The notes under the pieces: generated by a model | Databases searched by the model: none | What the model saw: the letters and a program-made list of their open reading frames with translations, nothing else | Told to the model about the DNA's origin: nothing | Source of the DNA: an uncultured virus (IMG/VR IMGVR_UViG_3300010299_000003) | Lineage: Duplodnaviria; Heunggongvirae; Uroviricota; Caudoviricetes | Virus record (IMG/VR): IMGVR_UViG_3300010299_000003 | Strand: one strand, 5' to 3' | DNA length: 20,000 nucleotides | In this document: piece after piece, positions 7,561-16,381 of the stretch | Position numbering within the stretch: position 1 is the first letter of the stretch | Layout: the number at the start of each line of letters is the position of its first letter | Position numbers and translations under genes: made by a program

Positions 7561-7989
7561 TTACAATTTAAAAATTATATCATCAGTTCCTGCCCAATCA
7601 ATTTGAATATCAGATCCTGTAGTGGTTAATCCACCATTTTGACCTGTTATGCCATCAGCAGTATCTATATGTGCAATTAAAATAGTTTGATTTTCAGTAT
7701 CAGTTGGATTTTGTTTTACTATTACCATCGATTTAACAACTTTATTTGCATCAACACCAGTAAAAGTAGTATTAGATGCACTAGCAGAACCAGATGTTAT
7801 TCCTTTATTTGTTAAAGCATCTGATGTTGCAATTCTACTTGTCTGTGCAATATCTGTTAAATTTGTGTGGTTAGACTTGTCTGCAATATAATCACTTGTT
7901 AGTAACAAAACTTTAAATGTATCTCTTGACCAAGAAATATCACCATTCAAAAATTTTTCTCTTGCATTATCATATAAAAAATTAGCCAT
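7561..7989 (-). CDS. hypothetical virion structural protein (widespread MAN.LY....EKFL.G.I.W..DT.KV family)
   Basis: N-terminus MANFLYDNAREKFLNGDISWSRDTFKVLL and C-terminus LIAHID.....TTTGSDIQIDW....IFKL match a family I recall next to minor tail/fibre genes in many phages. Confidence 0.55.
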   Translation of the reverse strand: MANFLYDNAREKFLNGDISWSRDTFKVLLLTSDYIADKSNHTNLTDIAQTSRIATSDALTNKGITSGSASASNTTFTGVDANKVVKSMVIVKQNPTDTENQTILIAHIDTADGITGQNGGLTTTGSDIQIDWAGTDDIIFKL

Positions 7990-8009
7990 AAAAAACTCAC
8001 ATGAAATTA

Positions 8010-8669
8010 TTATTTGTTTTCCAATTTTTTTATAAAATGCTCAAATGCTTTTATACTAACTTCTTTTATTCTTTTTTGTGGAGCATTTTTTATACTTCTT
8101 TTAATTCTTTCCAATTCTCTTTCTCTTAATATTCCATTTTCCCAAACCCATTCACGACCTTCCATTATACCATTTACAAACGCATCTGGAGCAGAGGGAT
8201 CTGCAACAATATCTGCCGCAGTAGCAAGATAAAAATCATCTTGAACTATTTGAACATCTCTACCTTCTGTTTTTATTGATCCCATACCTCTAGATGAAAC
8301 ACCAAGTCTTGCACCTTCATCAATCAGTGCTTTAACTATATTTCCATTTGGTGTATTTAATATTTTAGCTTTTCCAATAAAATCAGATCCATCTTGTCTA
8401 AGTTCCGTTATCATATGAGAAACTCTATCTAGATTTATTGTGGGCCCTTCAGGATGTCCGAGTTCACCAAAGGCTCTTTTTTTATCTACATATTCTTTAA
8501 CATATCTATCAATTTCACTTTTAAGCATTTGCTCTGGATACATTCTTCCATTTCTGTTTTTAATTTCAGACTGCATGAAAACTCCTTCTATATAATAGTT
8601 CTTAGAAGAGTCTTCTTTTCCTTCTTTTATAACTTTAATTTCTTCGGTTACTTCGCAAATGAGTTTCAT
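8010..8669 (-). CDS. gp21: prohead protease
   Basis: YIEGVFMQ...KNRNGR.Y, catalytic GELGHP and GVSSRG.GS, DIVADPSAPDAFV.GIME. Confidence 0.98.
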   Translation of the reverse strand: MKLICEVTEEIKVIKEGKEDSSKNYYIEGVFMQSEIKNRNGRMYPEQMLKSEIDRYVKEYVDKKRAFGELGHPEGPTINLDRVSHMITELRQDGSDFIGKAKILNTPNGNIVKALIDEGARLGVSSRGMGSIKTEGRDVQIVQDDFYLATAADIVADPSAPDAFVNGIMEGREWVWENGILRERELERIKRSIKNAPQKRIKEVSIKAFEHFIKKLENK

Positions 8670-8670
8670 T

Positions 8671-8838
8671 TTAGCTCTCTTTGTTTATTAAATTTCTAGC
8701 AATTTCTTCTTTTCTTTCTTTTATCTTAGATTTAACTTTTTGAAATAAAACTTTTTTTATACCACTTTTCAATCCAGAAACATTATCACTAAGTAATTCT
8801 TTCAATGATTTTCTAATTAATTCTTTATTATTTGACAT
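8671..8838 (-). CDS. gp67: prohead core protein gp67-like (55 aa)
   Basis: Manual translation MSNNKELIRKSLKELLSDNVSGLKSGIKKVLFQKVKSKIKERKEEIARNLINKES. AGGAG at 8846-8850. KERKEEIARNL resembles T4 gp67 KEEKIAIARNF. Lies between gp20 and gp21. Not in the ORF track. Confidence 0.8.
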   Translation of the reverse strand: MSNNKELIRKSLKELLSDNVSGLKSGIKKVLFQKVKSKIKERKEEIARNLINKES

Positions 8839-8863
8839 TGTATTTCTCCTAAAATATATATTT

Positions 8864-8871
8864 TATTTATA
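8864..8871 (-). promoter_or_regulatory. late promoter TATAAATA for gp67-gp21
   Basis: Exact consensus just past the gp20 stop. Confidence 0.8.
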
Positions 8872-8874
8872 CTT

Positions 8875-10503
8875 TTAAATATATTCATCACTATCAAATG
8901 AATCCAAGTCTATAGGACTATCATTTGAAGAAGTTTTATTCAACTCACCTTGCTCATCATTATTGTTTTGTGACATAAATGAATCTTCATCTCCAGATGT
9001 TTCATCTTGATTTGATTTCTCAGATTTTATTTCAGAGTCTATCTTTTTTATTTCCTCTTCAGTATGCATTAAAACATTTTTTCTTATCCAAGAATCCGAA
9101 AAATATCTACCTGAATATGATTCAATAGATTGTAATATATTTAATCTATTTTGTAGAATTTCACTTTCTTTCAATTCTGCATAATGATTATCAATGTTAA
9201 AATCAAATTTTATTTTATTTTTAATATCTAGCCACTCATCTTTAGATAAAATATTTTTTAAAACTAATTGTTTTTGCAATATTTCATCAAATAAGTGACT
9301 AAATCTCAATCTAATTCTATGAATAAATTTTGAAAATTTAACTTCATCTCTAGTAATTTCTGCGGCTCTTCCAACTTGAAATCCTTGCTGTGCTTCCATT
9401 CTAGATATTGGAACATTTAATGCTTTATAAACTTTCTTTTGAAAATACTCTACATCTGCAAGTTCACTTAAATTTTCTCCTCCAGGCAAGGTATCTATAG
9501 AAGTGCCTTGAGAACCCTCTCTTCTAGGCAACCAATAATCTTCCAACATTGACATAAATCTTTGTTCATTTTTAATTTCACCAGTTTCAATATTGTATTG
9601 AAGTTTATTTCTATATCTTGTCATTATGCTTCTTAGATAATCTTCAGCTTTTGATTTTGGCAGATTACCAACATCTACATAAAATATTCTTCTTTCTGGT
9701 GCTCTGGCAATACGGTATATTACAAGAGCATCTTCCATCATTTTTAATTGATTTATTGGCTTTATTGCTTTATGAAGATGAGATAAAATAGATGCGGAAT
9801 ACTTATCTACTATTCCAGAATGAACATAACAGATACTATCTGTTGTTATTTTAACCCCACCTACAGTAGACACTGCACTGTAAGAATTTGGGGCGTTAAA
9901 TTGCATACCTCTAGTATTATATGTAAAATACTCATTTGTTACTTTTAATAAATTTGCTCCAGTTGCAGTGTCAATTTCTCTTTTTACTTCTCTTACTTTT
10001 CTTATTTGTCTGGGATCTATGTACCTAAGTTCTAAAATTCCTTTTTTCTTATTATTTTTATCTAATATTAAATGATAATATAATCTACCATCAATATACC
10101 ACTTTCTAGCAATCTCATATGCTTGATTATTCCAATCTAGTAGAGTTAATATATTTTGAAATTCTTCTTCTATTTTTAATTTTATAGATTTTGCTAATTT
10201 GACATCATCTAAATTGATTTTTACTGGATCTTTATGACCATCCATAACAATCATTTCATTTATAACATCATCTATTGCAGAGTCTACATCTGGTAGAAGT
10301 GAAAGTTCTCTATATCTTGTTATTAATTCAAATTCATTTTTTACAGTGCCGTCAAAATCAATATATGCACCATAAGCACCAGCAAGACCTTCTACATTTA
10401 TTGCACCATCTTGATTTTCGGGTAAAACAAAGGACTCAGCTTTTTGCTTTTTTTCTTCTTCCTGAGATTTTTTTAATTCCCATCCAAAAAAATTAAACTT
10501 CAT
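8875..10503 (-). CDS. gp20: portal vertex protein
   Basis: WYIDGRLYYH, ELRYIDPR, LHKAIKP.NQLKM.EDALVIYRIARAPERRIFYVDVGNLPK.KAE.YL, MLEDYWLPRREG, LPGG.NL. Confidence 0.99.
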   Translation of the reverse strand: MKFNFFGWELKKSQEEEKKQKAESFVLPENQDGAINVEGLAGAYGAYIDFDGTVKNEFELITRYRELSLLPDVDSAIDDVINEMIVMDGHKDPVKINLDDVKLAKSIKLKIEEEFQNILTLLDWNNQAYEIARKWYIDGRLYYHLILDKNNKKKGILELRYIDPRQIRKVREVKREIDTATGANLLKVTNEYFTYNTRGMQFNAPNSYSAVSTVGGVKITTDSICYVHSGIVDKYSASILSHLHKAIKPINQLKMMEDALVIYRIARAPERRIFYVDVGNLPKSKAEDYLRSIMTRYRNKLQYNIETGEIKNEQRFMSMLEDYWLPRREGSQGTSIDTLPGGENLSELADVEYFQKKVYKALNVPISRMEAQQGFQVGRAAEITRDEVKFSKFIHRIRLRFSHLFDEILQKQLVLKNILSKDEWLDIKNKIKFDFNIDNHYAELKESEILQNRLNILQSIESYSGRYFSDSWIRKNVLMHTEEEIKKIDSEIKSEKSNQDETSGDEDSFMSQNNNDEQGELNKTSSNDSPIDLDSFDSDEYI

Positions 10504-10534
10504 AAAATGATATACCTTTTAAATTCAATGCACA

Positions 10535-10567
10535 TAATAAAACGCCTTCTCTAATATAAAGAAGGCG
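10535..10567 (-). terminator. terminator-like hairpin between gp19 and gp20
   Basis: Minus strand CGCCTTCT-TTATATTAG-AGAAGGCG-TTTTATTA. Confidence 0.75.
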
Positions 10568-10576
10568 AGATAACTT

Positions 10577-10584
10577 TATTTATA
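10577..10584 (-). promoter_or_regulatory. late promoter TATAAATA upstream of gp20
   Basis: Exact consensus in the intergenic gap. Confidence 0.7.
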
Positions 10585-10602
10585 CTGAAAAAAGTTGCTA
10601 TA

Positions 10603-11208
10603 TTATAGAACTCCAAGATCAGCAGATATATCAATTTCCCAGAAATCATATGCAAATGTAACTGTAAATTCTTCTATAGCATCAACTGTCTCCCAGTTAA
10701 GTTCTATAGCAGAAAGATCTGTTGGAAAAATATTAGCAAATCTATATGATCTAATTGCTAATTGTTCAGGGCCTTTACTAAATTGTCTAACAATAGCAGT
10801 TGCTTGATAAGAAGCTGGTGCTGATGTTACACCAGAATTTTTTATGTTAGTTGCATGACCATTTATTGATGCTAACCAATGTTCCATAGATTTACGAATC
10901 ATAAAGTCTTCATCATTTATTACAGTAATTGTCCAATTTTCAAAAGTTCTATTTCCTGCAACTTTTACTTTTCTCCCAAAATAAGGAACATCAATCGCAC
11001 TAACTGTACTTTGAGGAATTGAAGTTGCTTTACACATAAAAGCCAGCTTTCTTTCAACTTGACTTGATGACAATGCACCAGCATCACCAATACCATTATT
11101 AGTTGGAACCGTAAGGTTAAGTGGAAGCGACAACTGAACTTGAAACAATGATGGTCTAGCACCACCAAAAGTTAATTGGTTCTTAAATTGATTAATATTA
11201 AATGTCAT
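10603..11208 (-). CDS. gp19: tail tube protein
   Basis: GGARP.LF.V, F.CKA..IP.S....I.VPYFGR..K.AG.RTF..WT.TV.NDEDF.IR, FP...SAIEL.W. Confidence 0.98.
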   Translation of the reverse strand: MTFNINQFKNQLTFGGARPSLFQVQLSLPLNLTVPTNNGIGDAGALSSSQVERKLAFMCKATSIPQSTVSAIDVPYFGRKVKVAGNRTFENWTITVINDEDFMIRKSMEHWLASINGHATNIKNSGVTSAPASYQATAIVRQFSKGPEQLAIRSYRFANIFPTDLSAIELNWETVDAIEEFTVTFAYDFWEIDISADLGVL

Positions 11209-11236
11209 TTTTTTCTCCTAAGTGTTTTGATAATAC

Positions 11237-11244
11237 TATTTATT
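11237..11244 (-). promoter_or_regulatory. late promoter variant (AATAAATA) for gp19
   Basis: Plus strand TATTTATT at the gp18 stop. AGGAG Shine-Dalgarno downstream. Confidence 0.65.
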
Positions 11245-13138
11245 ATGCTTTTCCTACAATTTCAGAGAAATCCACACCAGTTCTAACAGCAACAAAGTTT
11301 AATTGTATAAAATTAATTGCTCTAGCAGGTTTAATATAAATGTCTCCTACAAATTCATTTCTATCAATCACTTCTCCAGTATTGTTTGTTCTATCACAAA
11401 CAACTTTAAAATCATAAATTCCTCTTCTTGCTTGAACATCTCTCAAGAAAGGCTCAACAAGATTTCTGAATTGTTGTCTGGTAAATTCATCATTAAATTC
11501 AAAGAGCATGAACTTAGATGCAGTAGCAATAGCTTTTTCAAGAACAATGAACAATCTACGAACATTTATTCTATCAAATGCACTTGGTTTTGCTAATAAT
11601 GTTTTATCTCCAAATAGAACAGTTCCTTGACCTTGCGTAGACATTACTGGATTTATTCCAGAAAGGTAAAGATCATCTCTTTCTGCTTTGAATGGATTGT
11701 ATGCTAGTTTTATAACATTTTTTACATTCCCACGATTGTATCCAGCAGGCGACCACCAAGCATCGTTAGTAGTATCAGTGCGAACACAAAGACCAGCTAC
11801 ATCTCCGTTAAGTGGAAGCCATCTAAAAATATCATTATACTTGTCATATTGATATTTCCATCCAGAATCTAATACAGCATAAGATGAAGATGGTAATAAA
11901 TTTCTAAATGCAATAGAATCTGCAACTTCACTACCAGCATTATCTACGACAGCATTTTTTGGTGGTGATGCAAACGCAACACAATCCATTCTACTTTCAC
12001 ATACATTGTTTATAACATATGTTATCTCTGTTTGTGTTGCCTCTCCTAATAAAACGAGAGAAACATCGACTAATTCTGCATTAGAAAATAAATCATATCC
12101 AGCAAGTCTATTTCCCAAAACAGTAGCATCGGTGCTAACATCATTAGAATCAACTCCACCAGCAAGTGTTATAGTAGTTGGTGCAGAATCAGCATTAAAT
12201 GTGGTTGTTATATCACCACCCCAATTACTTGCGGCTGGATGATCCATCCATCTAATATAATCTGAATTTTTATTCAGTATATGCTTATAATTTGCAGTAG
12301 AACCATCTTCTTTCTTAGCATCAGATGCTTTTGACATAAATATATGCCTTTCTAGTATAGTTCCTCTAGTTCCAGTTATTTTGCCATCAACGTCAACTAC
12401 TACAACATGAAGTTCATCTTTAGATCCACCAGCTTCAGAAACTTGCGTAGATGTGCTTGGAGCAATTCCAATAGCATCAGCATATTCCCATTTTGCAGTT
12501 AATGTTGCTCCAGCAAGTGCAGTATCTAATGCAGAATTTACAACAATTTCTTCATCATCAACAATACTAGTAACCACCCTTTCTTGCTTTGTACCAGAAT
12601 GAATTAATATAGACCCAACTTCTAATTCGGTTGTAAATGCAGTTCCAACTCCCAGTAATGTTGTATCTCCAACTCCACCACTAACCGTTCCAGTCAATGT
12701 TTTTGAAAATGCTTCAGAGCTAGGACATACAGAAACTTTAATACTATTTCCCAATACACCAGCATGTTTAGCCGCAACTATACCAACAGCAGATTCTCCA
12801 TTAGCATGATTAGCATCATAGTCATCATCATTTTTTATTAATATTCCAGTTCCATCAGCAGTAGCATTTCTTGCATCATCTCCTGCAATACGAACTATGC
12901 GAAGTTTATCACCATATGCTAAAAAATTAGCACATGTGAAAAATGCCGTTGCAGTTTCATTGTTTGGTTTACCAAATCTTTTAACTAATTGATTTTCATC
13001 ACCAACTAAAACAACTTCGTTAATAGGCCCCCATGTTGCAACTCCAGCAAATGCTCCATCTGTAGTTGAAACGGCAGGTACAATAGTTGTTAAATCTTTC
13101 TCGGTTACTAGAACTCCAGGCGATACTTGAAATGCCAT
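11243..13138 (-). CDS. gp18: contractile tail sheath protein
   Basis: MAFQVSPGV...E.DLT, WGP, DSGWKYQYDKYND..RW.PLNGD.AGLC, W.SPAG.NRG, SAFDRINVRRLF, IYIKPAR.INFI.LNFVA. Confidence 0.99.
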   Translation of the reverse strand: MAFQVSPGVLVTEKDLTTIVPAVSTTDGAFAGVATWGPINEVVLVGDENQLVKRFGKPNNETATAFFTCANFLAYGDKLRIVRIAGDDARNATADGTGILIKNDDDYDANHANGESAVGIVAAKHAGVLGNSIKVSVCPSSEAFSKTLTGTVSGGVGDTTLLGVGTAFTTELEVGSILIHSGTKQERVVTSIVDDEEIVVNSALDTALAGATLTAKWEYADAIGIAPSTSTQVSEAGGSKDELHVVVVDVDGKITGTRGTILERHIFMSKASDAKKEDGSTANYKHILNKNSDYIRWMDHPAASNWGGDITTTFNADSAPTTITLAGGVDSNDVSTDATVLGNRLAGYDLFSNAELVDVSLVLLGEATQTEITYVINNVCESRMDCVAFASPPKNAVVDNAGSEVADSIAFRNLLPSSSYAVLDSGWKYQYDKYNDIFRWLPLNGDVAGLCVRTDTTNDAWWSPAGYNRGNVKNVIKLAYNPFKAERDDLYLSGINPVMSTQGQGTVLFGDKTLLAKPSAFDRINVRRLFIVLEKAIATASKFMLFEFNDEFTRQQFRNLVEPFLRDVQARRGIYDFKVVCDRTNNTGEVIDRNEFVGDIYIKPARAINFIQLNFVAVRTGVDFSEIVGKA

Positions 13139-13186
13139 TTTTTTATCTCCTTGTGCTTAAAATATGAAAAATCATGATTTTAGATA

Positions 13187-13194
13187 TATTTATA
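13187..13194 (-). promoter_or_regulatory. late promoter TATAAATA for gp18
   Basis: Exact consensus. AAGGAG Shine-Dalgarno near the start. Palindrome AAAATCATGATTTT at 13168-13181. Confidence 0.8.
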
Positions 13195-13232
13195 AAAAAT
13201 CATATTTCAAATGATATTATGCTTATAAATTA

Positions 13233-14930
13233 TTATTCATCATCCCAAGAATAACTACCTGTACTTAAAGGAAAAAATCCTTTATCTACTGGTTCCCATA
13301 CATCTCCATCAGAATCTATAAATGATTCATTATCTATTGAACCATTATTTATAAATCCAAAAGGTAGTATTTCTTCTTCAACATTAGAATTGTTGTCTTC
13401 TATTATTTTTTTTCTAATATCAGTATCTGTTAATTGTTTAAATGGTAATTGTGCCGATAGCCAAGAAAATAAGACTAGAGACATTACCAAATCATCATGA
13501 GTACCAGCTTCAGCAGAAAATGTAGAATGTTTAGATACAAATGATGTTAATTCTGAAATAATGTCAAAATCTTCAATTATTAATTTATCATTCTCGATCA
13601 TACTTTTTAAGTTTGCACATCCAATACTTTTTATTTGATGCGTCATTTTTACACCAAGTTTGGCATTTTTCTTAAATCCTGAAGATAATTTTTGACCACC
13701 TCTTCCCATATTTGTAGTAGAAAATATATTTTCATATTCAAGTTCTGAATGTAATATATTTACAATTTGAGTACCTATCGAATTTGTCTCAACCAATGCA
13801 TAAGCATCATTATACATTCTACCTATATTATGAATTATTGTTGGATATACTAAAGGTGATATTGTATTATTATAGTATTTTGCAACAACTTTATATGGCG
13901 ATTGCGTACAGTCTATAACAGTAAATGCTGAGTGATCTAATCCTTGACCTTCAGCAGTATCTACTGATATTACATATAGATGATTTTTAATTGGTGTTTC
14001 ATACACATCTAAACCATCTATTCTTTTAATTGATTTTTTCCAAGTCAAAGTAGATAACTTCGAGGCTGATATTAATGTATTTGATGAGCCAAGAAAATCA
14101 CAACCAAATTCTTGATCAAATTTTTCTTGACCTAATTGTTTAACTTGATCAGCAGCCCAAGCATCATCACGTCCTGGCACAACAGACCAGTGAGCTTCTA
14201 TTGGTTTATATAAATTTCTACCATTAACTGCATCTGTCCAATACTTGTAAAATAAATTCATTCCATTTGGGGTAGATACCATAATAACCTTTGTAGTTTT
14301 ACCAGAAGAAACAGTAGGGTATACTGAAGTAATAAATTCTTCTGCAATATTTTTTGGTACGAACGCAAACTCATCTAAGAATATAACATTGTATGTACTA
14401 CCACGAGCCGCACTAGATGCAGTTGCAGCCGCTATCACCTTAGAACCATTTTCTAATTCTATGGATCCTTTATTCCAAGATACTATACCTTGTTGCATCC
14501 ACAAAGGAATAAACTCATACGCTAACTGAAGTTTCGCTAAGATGTCTCTAGATGTACTAGCTTTATTTGCTAAGATTGCTATGTTTTGCATTGGCCCAAA
14601 AAGAACCGTCCAAAGAATATATGCAATAGTTACTGTAGATTTTCCAACCTGTCTAGGCAATTTTGCTATGGTAAACCTATTTTCTATATAAGAAGTTAAT
14701 AATTCTTTTTGGAAATCATACAGATCAAACGGCACTAAACCTCTATCTACATGCACAATTTTCATATATTTTTGAATAAAATATATAGGATCTTTCATGC
14801 ACCTGATTCTTTCTTCAATCTGTTCTTTAGTGAAGATAAAATCTACATTTGCGGCTTTTAGATTAGGATTTCCCTTATAGTTTCTTATACCATTTGGCAC
14901 AATTTGTTGAAAAGCATCATTATTACTCAT
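13233..14930 (-). CDS. gp17: terminase large subunit
   Basis: Y.GNPNLK, adenine-binding YDFQ, Walker A PRQVGKST, Walker B IFLDEFAF, STPNG, nuclease VDTAEG and HDDLVM. Uninterrupted. Confidence 0.99.
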   Translation of the reverse strand: MSNNDAFQQIVPNGIRNYKGNPNLKAANVDFIFTKEQIEERIRCMKDPIYFIQKYMKIVHVDRGLVPFDLYDFQKELLTSYIENRFTIAKLPRQVGKSTVTIAYILWTVLFGPMQNIAILANKASTSRDILAKLQLAYEFIPLWMQQGIVSWNKGSIELENGSKVIAAATASSAARGSTYNVIFLDEFAFVPKNIAEEFITSVYPTVSSGKTTKVIMVSTPNGMNLFYKYWTDAVNGRNLYKPIEAHWSVVPGRDDAWAADQVKQLGQEKFDQEFGCDFLGSSNTLISASKLSTLTWKKSIKRIDGLDVYETPIKNHLYVISVDTAEGQGLDHSAFTVIDCTQSPYKVVAKYYNNTISPLVYPTIIHNIGRMYNDAYALVETNSIGTQIVNILHSELEYENIFSTTNMGRGGQKLSSGFKKNAKLGVKMTHQIKSIGCANLKSMIENDKLIIEDFDIISELTSFVSKHSTFSAEAGTHDDLVMSLVLFSWLSAQLPFKQLTDTDIRKKIIEDNNSNVEEEILPFGFINNGSIDNESFIDSDGDVWEPVDKGFFPLSTGSYSWDDE

Positions 14931-15477
14931 CTTCCTCTTTCTTTCTCATATTAGCTATAATTTCATCTAATTGTGCAGTATTGCCCACAAATAGATTATT
15001 ATTTACAACATCAGGAGAATTTTTCTTAGCATTACCTTCTATCTTTGCTTTTTCCTTATGAGCATTAATTAGATCTCTTTGAGCAGATGCTATACTATTC
15101 ACAAGGGTAGCAACCACTTCATATGCTCTTGGATGTTGACTTTGATCTGCAATCTGAACTAAGTTATTTAATGCTTCTATAGATCTTTCTGTAATTGTAT
15201 AGATGTTAGTTCTAACATATTGATAATCAGTTTTTAAATCATCTGCTGTTTCTGGAGGTAATGCTAGTTGTTTTTCTTCAAACTCATCTATACGATTTAT
15301 TGAAACTTCGGTAGATTTGAATTCACCTCTTTTTATTTCAGGATCTGCTATTTCTGGCTTAATAGTTTTTTCTTTAGACTCATCTACGGCAACAGACTTA
15401 ATAGATTCTAAATCTTCTTCAGTTGCTATAAATTGATTTTCTTTTGATTCGTATTTTTTTATAATATCATCACTCAT
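14923..15477 (-). CDS. gp16: terminase small subunit
   Basis: DYQYVR.N.Y, A..SQHPRAYEV...L, NNNLFVG.T..L motifs. Overlaps the gp17 start by 8 nt. Confidence 0.95.
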   Translation of the reverse strand: MSDDIIKKYESKENQFIATEEDLESIKSVAVDESKEKTIKPEIADPEIKRGEFKSTEVSINRIDEFEEKQLALPPETADDLKTDYQYVRTNIYTITERSIEALNNLVQIADQSQHPRAYEVVATLVNSIASAQRDLINAHKEKAKIEGNAKKNSPDVVNNNLFVGNTAQLDEIIANMRKKEEDE

Positions 15478-15487
15478 AATGTTTTAT

Positions 15488-16381
15488 TTATTTCAATTTT
15501 GGTGCAGGAATATATTCTTCAGATTCAATAACTTCTGGTGTAATTGTATTATAGACTATAACATCTTGACCTGTTGCAGGATTTCTAAACTTTCCATCAA
15601 AAAAACCTTCATAAGTTTCTGTGTAGCCATAATCATCATTAATAGAAGCATTTGGTGGATTTGGCGTCACTGTAGCTCTACCAACTCTTGCTACAGCTTG
15701 TAGATCTGTATCATTTGTTGATTGAATGGTGGTAGAGTTATAAACATCGGTAATAGCTTTTGTAATGATATTTTTGTCTACGATTGGCCCATAGAAAATT
15801 GTTTTTATATCAAAATTTAAAGTAAAAACAATTTCTCTTCTTGATACCCAATCATCTTCATAATTATCAGATAAAGATACGCCAGTAAGAATAATAGGAA
15901 CATCATCTTTATAGCTCATTTCAGAGATACTATTCAGAGTTATAGTAAATGCTGGAGTAAACCACGGTAATATTTGTTCTAAGATTTGATTTGCATCATC
16001 AATATATTTTGAAAGAATTGAAACTTCCATTCCGATAGTGTATGGAACACCTTGATATTGTCTAGATACCTTGTTGTTTACATCTCTTATTTCTTTTACA
16101 TTTTTTCTTATTGTATTTAATTTTCTTTCAGAATCATATGCTATAGAGGTAATTTGAAAACTCATTCTGGGTAGTTTAATAGAGTAGCCTCTTTTTATAT
16201 CAGCACCACTACTTAATCTAGCTAAGTATCTTTCAGCAGGCCCATAAGCTAACGGCACTTTAAGTCTCTCTATTTCATTACCATTTTCTGCTCTTTTAAC
16301 AACAAAAATGTTTGCAAAGATAGAACCAAAACTTGCTACAATCTTTCTTAGTGTGTTATGATAAAATGGATCACCAAACAT
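15488..16381 (-). CDS. gp15: tail sheath stabilizer / terminator
   Basis: MFG..FYH..LRK....FG..F..I, KVPLAYGP, LPRMSF, QILEQILPWF.P.F motifs. Confidence 0.96.
   Translation of the reverse strand: MFGDPFYHNTLRKIVASFGSIFANIFVVKRAENGNEIERLKVPLAYGPAERYLARLSSGADIKRGYSIKLPRMSFQITSIAYDSERKLNTIRKNVKEIRDVNNKVSRQYQGVPYTIGMEVSILSKYIDDANQILEQILPWFTPAFTITLNSISEMSYKDDVPIILTGVSLSDNYEDDWVSRREIVFTLNFDIKTIFYGPIVDKNIITKAITDVYNSTTIQSTNDTDLQAVARVGRATVTPNPPNASINDDYGYTETYEGFFDGKFRNPATGQDVIVYNTITPEVIESEEYIPAPKLK

Noticed and set aside
10965..11168. Out-of-frame 67-aa minus-strand ORF inside gp19
   Set aside because: Fully nested in the tail tube gene with no motif support.
1282..14930. Introns, inteins or homing endonucleases in uvsW, gp17, gp20 or gp23
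   Set aside because: Lengths are typical and motifs are contiguous. No HNH, GIY-YIG, LAGLIDADG or intein-splicing motifs were seen.
1181..15703. All plus-strand ORFs in the track (1181-1726, 2301-2645, 2905-3273, 4043-4237, 4912-5106, 8014-8232, 8454-8699, 10275-10496, 10595-10807, 11303-11596, 12006-12242, 15479-15703)
   Set aside because: They are antisense shadows of well-conserved minus-strand genes, mostly with F/L/I/S-rich composition and no recognisable motifs.
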